Shown: in pieces, positions 45,941 to 59,500 of the stretch | Position numbering within the stretch: position 1 is the stretch's first letter | How the letters are laid out: every line of letters begins with the position of its first letter | Origin: Marsupella aquatica | Taxonomy: Eukaryota > Plantae > Marchantiophyta | DNA length: 64,000 nt | NCBI GenBank assembly: GCA_973895155.1 | Contig: OZ316898.1 | Span: 14,972,330-15,036,329, forward strand | Direction: 5' to 3' | The notes under the pieces: generated by a model | Told to the model about the DNA's origin: nothing | Database searches by the model: none | Seen by the model: the letters and a program-made list of their open reading frames with translations, nothing else | Translations under genes and position numbers: made by a program

Positions 45941-48900
45941 TCACTGAGTGTAGGAAACTTTGAAGCGAGGGAAGCAGCATAGTCGAGTAGGCGATGGTGA
46001 ACGGCCGTGGTCGCGTATCTCTTGTGCCCAATGATTAGTTTTCGCTGCTTGCTCCCCGCATTTTGCTGCTGCTGACGCGCGCATATTCTCTGCTTTCAAG
46101 TGCACAGAGGCGAGTTTGTTCTGGAGGATTTCGTTGGCATGCGAACGCATGCGCTCCAATTTAACCTGAAATGTACGCAAAAGACCACATTAGGCTGATC
46201 CATTTCTACCAAAAATAGCGGCCAACGTTGAAGGCAGGTGATCGATCCGTGGTCAAACTGGTCTGAGCCACTAAGTAGGGTTCATTGGTTGAGGCGCTGA
46301 TAATCGTACCTCCACTTTCATCATGTCAGCCTCTGCCTTGGCCTTTTCGTGTGCTTCCCATGCAAGGATTTTCGCCTCCTCTCGATGATACCTGGAAATT
46401 CAGAGTAGAGACTTAGGAATAGACTTCCTCACCGCACAACAATACAGAAGGCATCTAAAAAGAGTCGAGGACTTTCAGTGAGTCACATTTACAAGAAAGG
46501 CATACCGGGCCAGGTACTTGGAATGCTCAGCCTCTTCCCAGGCTGCTGCCCTGGCCTCGAGAACATTCCTTTTGACTTCCTTAAAATCTACACTCCGGCT
46601 AACACTCAGCCGAAGGCTCTTGGCACTTTCCTCCACTTCTTCTTCCCTGGTGGTCCAATGCGTATCTGTTAGAGTTGCGGCTTGATCAAGTTCGAGCTTC
46701 GCCTGATGGCAATTTTTTAGCTCTGTGACATCTACACCGACAGAAGCCGGTCTTCTTTCTGAGTGCACTGGAGTGGTGTTCAGCCGGGCAGGACCACCGT
46801 TATGAAGTCGTGGAGGGGTTCCTGCTCCGTGGAAGCTTTGCGCTGGAGTAACTTGCGTTGCTATATCCCTCTGCGACGTCGAAGGAGTTATCTCGGTTGC
46901 TGCATCTTTCATAACAATAATCACACGTCCAGTCCTTGGGCTGGTGTTTTGAACCGTAATGGAATCAGCAAATTTGTCTGCGAGAAGTTGACACAGATTC
47001 AGTTCCTTTAAAGTTGTTATTGTATTGCCTAGATCGAAAATGAGTTAGCCTGATCTTCACGAAATTGATAGCCACATCCAGAACCGAAATCACTGGAAGA
47101 TCATCAACCGGCCTTCCTTTTATGGAAATTGCAACTCAAAGTCCACTGATGTACGATTCAAATCGTCACAAATTGAGCATCATATACCAGTGGATCGAAG
47201 CAAGCAATTTGCAGATTCGTCAGTAAGCATTACACATTCAACTCTAAAACTAAAAACCGACTTAAAAAGCATTGCCGGTCTATCAGAGGGTAGTAGGTGC
47301 TTAGCCGTAATGAGTGAAAAAATTGAGGACGATTATTCAGTCAAAATGAAATCCACAGATTGTTGACATTCTGATCTTGGGCTATTTGTCTCTGCTTTCT
47401 GTACGGTGCTGAAATACGAAAGAAGGCGGCCTTCACCTTCAGGTCGAGTTCCTGTCTCATCGCGATTTGACATCTCACACACTTTTGCGTCTTCCGGAAG
47501 GCTCTCTTCAGGACGATCAGTTGTGGTTGAAGCGTCGCAGGATCGCCGGAAATGAATCACATTTGTAGGGGAATAAGTGTTGGAGTTCACATCACAGTTT
47601 TCAGGAAGCAACCGGGCACCATACGATTCAGTATTGGCCGGTAAGCTTTCGCCTGGAGTTCCATATATGCGAGTGCTCTGGTTGGAGCTTGGTAAATTGT
47701 GACCGTATCTAGCTGAAGCTGCTGCGTGAAGTTGAGTAGCGTGCTGAGGCGTAGAACCGCCAGAGAGGGTTCCATTTCCATACGCCGAATGTGTATTCGA
47801 TTTCACAGACGCCGAATTGACAAGCCATTTTTCCGCATCGTCCCATTTGGCTGGGGATGGCCTAGGTTTCAGCGGGTTGGTTTTAAGAAATTGCCCCGGA
47901 ACAAATCTCTGCTGAGGCATCAAACTGGTTCTACTTGTATCTCCCCCAGCGGCCTTTCCACCGCATTGAAAACTTCTCTCAACATTATGAGAGTCAGACG
48001 GAGACCCCTCCGCACTAAGCGTATTCGTTGATCCTCCGTCGACAGATTTCCGATGACCCTCGACTGCTTTGGTCAATGAATTTCTGTCGTAGTAGTCACT
48101 GTATGATGTGGACTTGTGTGTCCGTGCATCTTTCTGTGCAATCTGCATCTCAGGAAAATCCTTTACACTCTGTGTAGTTGCCTTCATCGCGAAGTCTGAC
48201 GCCGGGTCTGACGAAAGTTCAATCAAGGTGGAACGGGGCGACTCAATGCAGCCATTGGAGAGACCCGGAGATTCGCCCGGAGAAAAACTCTTCTTCGCGG
48301 TTTTCGAGTGTCGATACCCTGATACACTAGATCTGCCATCTCCTGTTCACGAAGCCAGTCGTAAGAAGTTAGTGATAAATATTACACGTTCTTGCAAACT
48401 TTAGGGGAAAGGGGAATTAAAGGCGTAACGGACCGATCGAATTGCACTTCGGAAATTCCACGAAGTGTAGGATTAACGACCTCCCCTTCCCAACAACATC
48501 TCTCAGCACGCTGCGTGCGTCGGCAGTGTGTGGTTACTATGCAAGTGTTCATCACACTTCGTAAGGAGCTCACCAGAGAACGAGTTCCGGTGCGGCTCAC
48601 CGGTAGTCCCAGGTGACCATGCGATCTTATGCTCTCCTGTCCTGATCTCTTCTCCTCCAGAGCCTCTAACCACAAACTTGTTGAGCTCTATTTGATCCTC
48701 ATAAGGAAGCTCTGAATCATTTTTGACATTGCACATGCGGCCAATGTCAGCATCCTTACACTCGGGTTGGAGATTTACAGCCTTGCAACTATCCTCACTT
48801 CATAGTCTAGTACATGTGTTCTGGCCACAGTCCTGACGGAATTGGCATTAGACCCCTAATGTGCAGCATTAGATCCCTCAATGTTCTGGCCGACTCTATC

Positions 48901-49820
48901 ATCATGGTTACTAGAGTTTATTGGACAACTAGTGAATGATTCTTTGCACATTCCTTCAATCAAGGTCTGCATCATGGAGACCGAAAACCCATCTTTTAAG
49001 GAACAGTACAAGTACAAGAGTAATTTCTAATCAATATTTGCTACTCTCAGGCACAATGCTGAACACCAAATGGCGAAGAATGGACCTGTTGGATGTGGCA
49101 GAGGAGCAAAGGCACTGCTCGTCATGGTTTCTGCTCCAGGATATGACATCCTTCTGTTCGCCACGTCATTTTCAGCACCACGAGCGAAGCTTTTGGCGCC
49201 ATCCTTCCCCGTGTTCCTTGCACTCATCCTGACCCTTGGAGACGATGTTTCGGAACCAACTCCGGATATTTGGCCCATTCTTGGATGTACTGTGGAAGAA
49301 GAATGGCTTTCAGACACAGACTCCAGATGTAAGTGACCATTGCTTGTCTGCACATCGCGGAAGAACGTCTTCGGTTATTGCCTTTCGGTAAGAAAATTCC
49401 CTACTCAGCTTCTCGATCGATGAAGGACAATCCACCAAACTACCCCGATTGTGTAACTATTAAATGGAAACGTATGTCAAGAGACAACTATGGAGCCAAT
49501 AAGTGGTAGGTTGAGGGGCATACCTTAGCAGAAAGCTGACGTGATAGCACCACAGCACTCAAGTTTACACCGGGCAACGCATTCTCTTCGTCTGCGTCAG
49601 AAATCGAGTGAACTCGATCATGACGAGGTGCTTTCTTCAAGTCTGTTAGGCGGCGCTCCAAACTCGCCGATGCAGAAGAACATGGACTAACAATACGAGG
49701 GTCCGAAATGACCGATTTTGGACTCTCAGCGTCTTTAGTTCTGGACTTGAATTTGGTAAACAGAGGTTGTCCGGCCGAAACAACAGCGCTAGAGTCTTTA
49801 AGACTCATAGTTATAGACAT
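45941..49820 (-). CDS. Remorin with long disordered N-terminus (group 5/6-like)
   Basis: C-terminal exons read LEARAAAWEEAEHSKYLAR | YHREEAKILAWEAHEKAKAEADMMKVE | VKLERMRSHANEILQNKLASVHLKAENMRA...RLCCF. Internal motifs PAKWDDAEKWL and RDIATQVTP are present. The upstream exons (49820-49524, ~49347-49086, ~48342-47440) join in frame but are less certain. Confidence 0.85.
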
Positions 49821-52800
49821 GACCCTAATATTCAGGAATTGCGCTCAGTCTCTAGTCTCAGCTCCGATCACAAGACGTCTCAATCCGTAGCATATTTCGC
49901 CTGGGCAGTACGTATGCTACAGCCAGTCGCCAAAATACAGACTGGTTACCAGAGAGCGATAGCGTGTCACCCGCCTTATGCACAAGCAATCGAAAGGAAC
50001 CCCGTGACAAGTGAAGTGGACAAGGACCTAGTGATTTCTCTTGGGTGCAGGATCCCGTGACATGCACATCAACGCAAGAGCTCCATATCCCTGTCGGCGC
50101 AATTTGAAAATATTAGCTACTCTTGAAACGAATAGCTTGTTCCAACAAAAGCTCAATGCTCTCCTGGTCGTCCGGTCCAAAACCGCCAAAATCGTCCACT
50201 TTCTATTGTTAGCTCCGGCTATCTCGTGGTCGTTTACTATGGTAAAGTTTCAGCAAACCTAGACCTCCAACCATGCTCATTTCAAAACCATGCGATCTAG
50301 ATCCTACGAAGCCCAAGCATGCTCCATTCAGAACCATGTGCAAAAGTGATCTGGACCCTACGAGCTACCGCAATTTTCAACTCTCCCAGCTGCGCGCTTG
50401 AGAAAAAATTTCGTCTTCTCCATACATCAAGAGACCGAACAACAACGCCCTTGAGACTCGGTGGATGAGACCAAATATAGTTAGTTACTAAATTCTGCTG
50501 CGGTTTATTTACCACAGAACTACATAGAAGCAAGATGGCCGAGAGCAGGTTGGACAGCTGTGCAACGTCGTAGAGCAACCAAAGACCCCGTGTTAGTGTA
50601 TTCCTTTACGAATGTAGGAGTTGAACGAGCAAGGGTGGTTCCTGGCCAAACATGATGCACACAGCTCGGATATGAAATTGTGGTGCTCTGCAGCACACCT
50701 GAACATATCTGAATCCGGGTCCGATGTAGCTTTCCTGGTACAGATCCTCTGAGATACTAAATTAGGTTAAAAACCGCAATCCTGGAAGGAATCGAATGAG
50801 AATTCTACGTACATTGCTGGGCGTCAGTGTCGTCTTTTGAGGTGAAATGATTCTTCAAAAACTGGTCCGACAAAATCGTCAGAAATTTATCGTTCGCATG
50901 CAAGCCTCAGCAAGTGTGCCCTTGTGTTGGTAGGTCCCACCATCCGTCGAAAAGAAGCTGGCAATGCGCAAAATCTGTGCTCCGGTTCCACATTGCCATG
51001 GTACTACAACCTAAGCTTCTCTGCAGGTTCCAAAATCGGCACGATACACTTCATTTCACCAGTACTTTAAGCTTACGCGAGCTGTTGATCTTGTCAATGA
51101 ATCAGCAATTCACGAAGTACATTCATCCGCAGAGTGCTGCAGAGTGGCTTTCGTCCTCTCATGAAATTGTTCGTCTAGACCAGTATGTGCGCGCAGCGAA
51201 GATCAATGGTCTTGCTCACAGTCTCTTGTTCACCCGGTACGATGAAAATCAGCTGAGAGCGGAGACAGGACAAAACTGATAAAACAACGCAAGAGTCGAC
51301 GCTTGCCTCCAGACCACAGGCGTCTCGCTCGGCTTGCGACAAAGCCCGAGAAAATCCGTTGCTGATGTATGCTCTGCAGAAGGCCGCAGGAGGACAGATC
51401 AATCAATTCATGATAGAGTGGAACAAAGCGCAGCCTCTTGGGCGGGCTCCGGAGCATATTTCCCGGCGCCGTTCTGGGAAAGTGACCACTAAACAGTACA
51501 CACTACATGCTTGCGGTGGTGGTCCCACAAGCAGAGAAGCTCAGAAGCGGGCTAGGGGAACACCGTGTTCAAAACTTGTCGAGAAGACAACTATACGGAG
51601 CATTGGAGCACTGGAGCAGTAGTCGGACCTCTGTAGCAATCATCGCAGCCTATTTAGATACAGTCGCGCCTATTGATTATCGCCTACTATAGGCCCGTTG
51701 TAGATGCCTACCATCGGTGTAGCCATTGCATCTGTTATTACTACCGTCAAAGGCCCGGATGAAAGTTTTACCCCGGCAGGTAATCAATCACCCATCAAAA
51801 TAGGGCATGCATTAATTGATTTAAACGTTGTCTATGGTCTGGAGCTATGTCGTATGCCATATATGTCAGTTTTACGACACGAAACAGGCGCAACAAGCTT
51901 TACAATCCTTCTTAGGGTTCCATTGAGAAAGCATTGGACCATTGTACCCCCTAAATCACATCCTTAGTGTAGAGCAGTGTGGGAAGTAATGTCCACTAGA
52001 TTATCCCCTTCATATATCACACGTAAAATAACAAAATGTGTCAAATCTGAGAAAGGATAAAGACCCAATAAAAGGGAATAAATGAAGGGAAGAACCCCTT
52101 TTGCTTTCAATAGAGTCATAGTCTATATCTATATCAGCGTGGCTGTTGCTCACCAATTCAAACTAGAGGGCAACGTCTTGTCCTAAAGAGAGCCTCCATA
52201 CAAAATAGTTCTGGTAGCAATTTCAATAAATGCACTCTTAAATAAATTAGCTCAAGTTTGGAAATGTTTGGACTACCTTTGGACATCATCTAAAATCTAG
52301 ACAAAACAAGCACTTCACATCAGCATATACTTGGGCTTATCAGTTGTCATGTAGGACTAGTAATTACCATACCTGATGGTTCTCCAGTTCTTGTGAAGCC
52401 AACTACATCTCCTCCACTCATTCTAAGGTGCAGGTTTAATCTCAAAGGAAATACAAGGACGAGAATGGACCTCCAACATCTTGTAAAGCCACTATTACAA
52501 TCAGAGTCTATGTTAGATATATGTCAGAATATTGGGAGGTTGTGCAGCTGGTCCAGGATAGCAGGCTCTAACCCTTCCTTGAGGAGACTTCCACCTTTTA
52601 GGAAGCACTCGTTCCAAACCTAGAAGACCTTCAAAGGGTGCCCTTCAAAGAATTCATGCTTCAGGTACTTTATTGTAAACTGACAAGAAGGTGATAGTGC
52701 ACCTACTGTATTCCAAGGGAACCCCGACAAAACATAACGGGAAACCAAAAGAACAGACCCAAGGGGCCAACATGAAGCTGGGCGGGAGCTGCAGCACCAC

Positions 52801-53171
52801 CCGGCATGAAAGAAAGAACCGCTGGGATGAAAGCTAAGATGAAACAACTACTTGTGTACAGCAAAAAATTGAATAAGCACAAGCATTTAATCTCAACATA
52901 ATCTTGTTCCCTGTCTAATTCAAGTGAGTGTGTACCAAAGTAAAACTACATACAGACCATCAAAGGTGGAACATAGTTCATCCTAGCAATTATGGTCAAT
53001 CTTGGCTCAAAGTTGTGGTTTCAAGTAGGCAAGCTGGTTAAATCTTACTCTAGGAACTCTGACTTACTCTAACTTTGGTATCAAACCAGCCAAACTAAAC
53101 AATCATTCTTTGAATGTTAATACAAATGATGACAAAAATGATCATGTATCATCATAATTTGAATTACACAA

Positions 53172-53297
53172 TATCTCCTTTTTTCTATCCACATATTTTG
53201 GTGGGGCCCTGGAGTCATCATTTGACATGCATACACAACATCTCATCCTTTTTTTCCACCCACATATCTTTTGGTGGGGCCTGGAGTCATCCTTTAA
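53172..53297 (+). repeat. Tandem duplication ~70 bp
   Basis: TCCTTTTTT...CCACATAT...TTTTGGTGGGG(C)CCTGGAGTCATC occurs twice. Confidence 0.75.
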
Positions 53298-53747
53298 CTC
53301 ACTTCTACGAGCCACATGTTTCACAATTAATGTTGTCTTGTAGTGGAGTGAACATTGACTGGAAACTACCACAGCCGGTTCCTCTCCTTGAATGAAAAAA
53401 TTCTAAGTGTGACTAGGTGCTAGTGAACCCCACTTTTGGGGGAGGATGTGTATTAACTCTGGGGTGGAATTAAAAAAAATACTAATGTCACTAGAGATCT
53501 CTATATCCCACTTTTGGGGGGATCTGTGTTAAAAGGGGAAAAGGGGCATGCAAGATTCAAACCCTCCACACTCTCACCCATCTACCACCAGGACATGGCC
53601 TGCTGGATGTTACCAGTGGCGCGTTTGACGTATTTAACTGAATTCTACGCGCAGCTAACCTGCACCGACCAGCTACCAGCAGCGACCGCCTGCACAACGG
53701 ACAACATTCAATTCGATTCCCGTGACTTAGAGAAGGAAATCATCATT

Positions 53748-53865
53748 TAGAGGCTTCACTCTAGAGGCCTAAACCCCAACTGTAGCTTTTGATAGTTATT
53801 TATCTTACTAGTAAAGTGCTACAGAAGCTACTAGTCAGGCCCTATGGTCTAGAGTGAACCCTCTA
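53748..53865. mobile_element. Small Tourist-like MITE (~118 bp)
   Basis: 18-bp inverted repeat TAGAGGCTTCACTCTAGA / TCTAGAGTGAACCCTCTA with one mismatch; inner GTAGCTT/AAGCTAC arms. Confidence 0.6.
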
Positions 53866-54249
53866 GACCGTAACTCTGGGAGCGTCAGCAAAATTGAGGG
53901 GTGCCAGTGGAAAGTGGGGGTGAGTCAGCGCATTGTAGTTGTATGGAAGTAGTCAGTGCAGCACCGAGAATAGGTTTGAATGTCAAAGTAAGGCTAAGAG
54001 GAACGGGGCAGTGGATGTGATGATGGCGTGTGTGAATGCAAGGGAGCTGAATGCAAGTGGGAATGGCGATGGCTGTGTGGGAATGTAGGGGAAGTTTGGG
54101 AGTTTGTAAAGAGGGTCATTGTAGCTCACTTTGTAGGATAGCTATGTCGTCTGATTGAATTAGTCAATGAGTGCTATGAGTGGATTGAGACTGACCACAC
54201 TCATCAATTCTTTTCAGATATGGTGCCTCAACAATGAAGAGGATGTCAT

Positions 54250-54562
54250 CTCGGGGGGGCATACATCATGTGCGACAAAGTAACTATATGCCCCTTTAAA
54301 TGGGATGTTGTGGTGGAAGACTTCCAAAATTTTGCGGAAGCACACATAGAGCATGTTTAATTGACTGGTTGGCTTTAAAGAACACATGGCCTATTTAATT
54401 GTAAAAAATATCTTCTTTAAATTTTTTAGGGGTTAGAAAAAAATAACAAAATTTAAAGGAAAAAAAGGTTTTGCAACAAAAAAACACTTATAAGTTAGTG
54501 GGGTCAAACCCTAAAATGTCACACGCAATTTATGGCCCTCCATGTGACCCCCCTCCCCCGAG
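54250..54562. mobile_element. MITE (CTCRGGGG-TIR family)
   Basis: Ends CTCGGGGG / CCCCCGAG; TSD GATGTCAT / GATGCCAT; collinear with 40305-40631. Confidence 0.8.
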
Positions 54563-55379
54563 GATGCCATCACACAAAGTACTATCAGTACTGGTCCACT
54601 ATACTTGCGCACAACCACTACAGACGGCCAATCCTATGCAAATGTTGTCATTTTTTCTTGGAAGGATTTGTGTTCATGCTTGGGCAAGGCTGATGCCAGG
54701 AATTTGGTGCTGCAAGGTTGAGCAGCACAGCTTCACTTCGTCCATCACCACCACTGCCTTCAATCGCCAGGTTTGCATTGAGGTGAGGGGTCCTCCTATT
54801 TTCTCAGAATAACAGGTTGTCATTCTGTCTTTCAACCTCATGTGAAATGTCCCTAACAGAGTGTATGATAATGGCAGCTCGGATGACTGCTCGAGGCTAA
54901 TGATGCTGCACTTCTCACCCTCTGTGCATTGATTGACATCACGGACCGGACATCTAGCTCAAATCTCTAGCTGCTGCTGTTGGGATGGAGTGGGAATTTG
55001 ATTGGCAATGGGATGGTTGGGCCAGAAACCCATGGAATAATAATACAAGGCAGCCAAATGAACCAATGAGCAATTCCACTATTTGTCACTAAATTTGATT
55101 CTACTCTACTGCTCCAGTCTAGGGTGTTATTACCATCATCTTAGAGCTCAAGATCACTCATGCCCAAGACCATCAAATCTCTCAATAGTATTAACACAGC
55201 CACTGTATGTTTTCCTTTCCAGATTTAATTTGGAGAGTCCTGTACTTGTTGTGAGTGTGACAAGGAAGGGATACTTCATCCTGGTAGCTAGTGGGGGCAA
55301 AGGTGCTATCTGGACTCAACGAATCAGGTGAGGGAAGGAATTCAGGTGAAAGCACAGACTGTTCCCCACTCTTTCTTGA

Positions 55380-56570
55380 GTACAAGTTGATTCACATCAC
55401 CGGATTGAAGGTACCATCCTATTTGTGCTGGGGAGGGACTCAATTGAAGTAGCACTGAGTGTCAGCTTAATCAAGCAATGTTATCTAAGTATGATCCAAG
55501 TTAGATGGAAATGAGTAAATTTTAATTTCCTTTTCATACCATGTTTCTTTGATGCTCTCTTTCTCAAATGCATAGACCTATTGAATGATCTTATCTCAGG
55601 TTTTGCAAAATAGTGCAATCGAGTTATGGGCTGATCAAAATGTGCACCTTGGGGGTCTCACTTCCACAAAAATGGTACATCACGTGCGATGAAGGATAGA
55701 GTTGTTTTATTGGTTATAAGGGAAGACATAAAAAATTCTCAGAAGAACAGTAAGGTCTTTTAAATCCAATTTTGAGACTTCTAAGTCCATTAGGGACTTT
55801 TTAATCAAAATTTTGGAATATTCTAAGAATGTTCCAACTTTATAGGGGTGAAAAACAGTTTTTTTCTCACATTTTAGGGGGTCTAAGACTTAAAATTATC
55901 GCAGGTGATGGGGAGGCCCCCATATAATGAGACCCTTGAGATGTGCACTAACCAAGGTTTTCTTGTATCTCAATTGCAGCAGAGTGATGTCAATGCTGGA
56001 CTCGTCATGTGTGCAGACGATACATTTAATTGGCTTAGTGCTGCGCTCCCTCCCACATTTGAGCTGCTACAGTAGCACCAAGCAGACCTCCACTTGAATT
56101 TAAGATAGCTAGGTCAGTAACATAGATTTTGCTTAGATGGATCTAAGCAAAATCGGAGTTGGAGTCCACACATTCGGCCCAGCATTCGGTGAGCTGAAAT
56201 CCAGGAACATCTGCAAGAGTGGAATATTCCTGAGTACTGGACGGTCACTCCAGCAATTGGGACTCTCTTGTTGGGCCAACTCTCCTTGGACCAGCTTTCA
56301 ATCCTGCCCAGGCAAGATTCACCTTAGTACTTATAGGATTTGCGAGCATTCAAAAGGGGCAAAAAACTTTTCGACCCGCACTACCAGATCTCTGTCAGTA
56401 GCACTTTGCAAGAGGTCCAGAGAGAAGGACGCAAGCATCCAAAAGGGCAAAAATCTCCTTGAATCATTGTAATGTGGAGGATATATGCCAGTAATTGTGA
56501 TTGAAAGCTGATTGACTGCACAGGATGTGAGACAGGAGAACTAAGGAATATCTGAAGGAGGATACATGCC
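55380..56570 (-). mobile_element. Possible highly degenerate L1-type LINE 3' remnant, interrupted by the 55648 MITE
   Basis: Minus-strand fragments KCIVCTHDESSID (zf-RVT-like CxxC...ES.DH) and KETWYEK (IW.ERN-like) occur among many stops. Confidence 0.3.
55648..55940. mobile_element. MITE (CTCRGGGG-TIR family) with perfect 8-bp TSD
   Basis: TIRs CTTGGGGGTCTCACT / AATGAGACCCTTGAG; ATGTGCAC at 55640-55647 and 55941-55948. Confidence 0.85.
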
Positions 56571-59500
56571 AATTGATAGCCATGATAAAACGCTATGGCC
56601 CCGGTATCAAGTGGGGTTTTCCTTCGTCTTTTGATACACTATTTTTATTATTGTACCAAATCTATATTGTCTGAGGTATTTTTTTGTCCCTCACCTCTAT
56701 TAACGTTCAAAGAACAGGTAGTTGAAGCTAGTTAGTAAGATTTCCCATTCCTTGTGTAAAATAGCAAGCCCATAAGCAACAACCTGTGGGTAGGAGCAAA
56801 AATACCAACTTTGGCAAGGACCTAATTATAGACCAAGCAAATATGGATCTTGTTTTATTAATGAGATGCCTGCTAAAAAGTTACTTGGCCTAGTGGGCAG
56901 GTTGAGAGATTAGACTGTAGAAAAATAGCAAAGGCTTTTCAGTGAGGTGGAATTTGGCACCTCTTGCCACTTAAAAAACACTGGTTTAGATGCCACTACC
57001 CTCTACCCATGTGTAACAAATGTAGGAAGTTGATGTTGGAATGATTCCTGAGGTGACAATTTTGTTAAATCATCCACCAGATTTATCAGTGTTAGATGCA
57101 CCAAGCACTCCATGACAGGCCAAAGGGTTATTTTGCCAATATTGCTTGTAGAATTTGTGAAAACAACATCCGCAAAGGAACGGGGACTAGATTAAACCTC
57201 CCAATCCCTTCAATAGCATATAGTGACGATCAGGATTGTATAAAATAGTAAACGCCTGATAAGCATCGTTGATCTCATTTTCACTTCCGGCAATTCTGTC
57301 CATGGCATATATGGGTTTGAGACTGGTAATTAAAGGAATCGCTTACTTGGACTTTGAATAGGACAATGACATTAATGTCCTGGTTAGAGGGTGGCAGCCT
57401 AAGTTTTGAGGGCATTATTGTCATAATATTAGTAACTAGGACATTAATGTGTGTAAAAGCTTGAATGATTTTTAGGTGACAAACATAAAAAAGTGAATCT
57501 CTGAATACAAAATCCAAGCAAAAGGGCCTGCAATTGGCCAAAGGCATGAAAGAAATTAAAAACAAATTTTATAATTTTGATACAAGTTATTATGTTACTT
57601 GACTTGGTAACATTATATTTGGGTTTTACTTTTTTTATTTTAGTGATATTCACATAATGTTCTCCTCAAAAGAAAAGAGACTGTACGGGAAATTAATGCA
57701 TTCATAAATACAAAAAAAAATCACAAAAATGTTTAGGAGTGTCGGACCCTCACCGACAATAGCTATGGGCGAGGTCGTTTCACAATTTTCTACACAGAGG
57801 GCCGAATATAGATAAACAAATCAACGATTTGACGGTGCCATGTGTTTTTCTTACTTGGAAGATGATTTTGATCTTTCTTCAGGCTTAATTAGAACGAGTG
57901 GATTACGGACTCAATTGAGTCTCACTATTTCTTTGCGGCCTTCGCTTGTCTTGCATGATAGCATTCCAAATGCATGCCTGTGAATGCACACACAGACACA
58001 TATTCACGTAATGTCGTAAGCTGACATCTTGACACGTGCAGTACTGAGATATAACACCTGGTTCCATAATTGACTGGAGATGGTGGAGTCACCTTGGGAC
58101 TCGGGACTTGGGAGCAGATCGAAGCTGTCGACTCCGTTACAATTAATGACATGCAAAATAAGTTTTGGTTCCCGAACCCATGGAATGGAACGACATTGTC
58201 AATTAATTGTCTATCAAGTTAGTACAGTAGACTAGGTTTCATTCGAGAATCATTTGAGAATTAATATTGCTGATACGATAACGATGTATCGTGAATCGTT
58301 GAGGAGTATAAACTGGTCTAATGTAACACTCGGTATAGGTAAGGATTAGTTTTCTTCGAAAAGAAAAAGTAGGGGAACCACGGCCCAGGTAAACCTCGTT
58401 TTGAATATATTTGGCAGGCATAGCAGCTATTGAGCTATCCTAAAGTTTTACACTGGAACCCGGGATGGTCAATATGGACCTAGGTTGAAAAGATCGTTCA
58501 TTCTTTGGTATAAATTTGGTATCGCGGTGTTTCACTTCAGTCTTTGTAGACTTTCCAGATAACAAGACAACTGACCGTGAAAGGTCTAATTATTACAGCT
58601 ACTGATTCTACTACCAGTTTACTATGAGTCCATTCCCCTGTTCCCGGAACCAATTTGTTTGGAGAAAGACAGTACCCGTCAATATATTGATGACAATGAG
58701 ATCTTGACTGAATACGTAGCCTAAATTAGGAGACTAAGCTACCACGTCACAAATTCACAAAACCTGTCCCTATCTGTGATGTACTTTTAAAGTAATTAAG
58801 ACAATGACCATGTACCCCGGTACGGTCAGTTAGCAGTACAGTAACATAATTCTGACCGACCAATCATAGGAATTGTTTAATAATTGAGTTCTGTCGAAGC
58901 ACTGCAGTGTCAGATTATCAGTCAGGACTATCGATTGTTTCTAATAGAAGCACGTGATTTAACATTTATGATAGATCAGAGTTTGCGAAATTTGTATCAG
59001 TTCATTAGCTCGTTCGACGTGAAGTTTACCATACTGTGAATTGCTGTTCATGAAGACACTTGTGGGGAAAGAGCATGTCGTTGTATGTTACTGCACGATT
59101 GATTAACGGATTATATTTTTTCTAGTCGAGCATGTAATATAAACAGGCTCGTGTAAGTGTTCGGCTTACGCTCTTTTCACTAACGGTTATTTTCCAATCG
59201 ATATACTTCACCAACGGTGCTTCAATACCTGCCGATCGCAGCCAGTGCATATAAGGTCAAGATCTTTTTCCCAGTGTGAACTGACGACAATGGACGCTAT
59301 TCCTTACAAGGCGGACATCGTTTACTGGAGCCACTCACATTAGTTTAGATCGGGTTGTTAGCTATTATGATAAAGTACTTCCCCAGAGATCTTGGATCAA
59401 GAAAGCGTCGCTGCACTTTGATCTATTATCATCATTGATGGAAGATTGTCAACCGGGTTCACGCAGCCTTAATACAGCACTTTATAGTTTCCCGTTGTTG

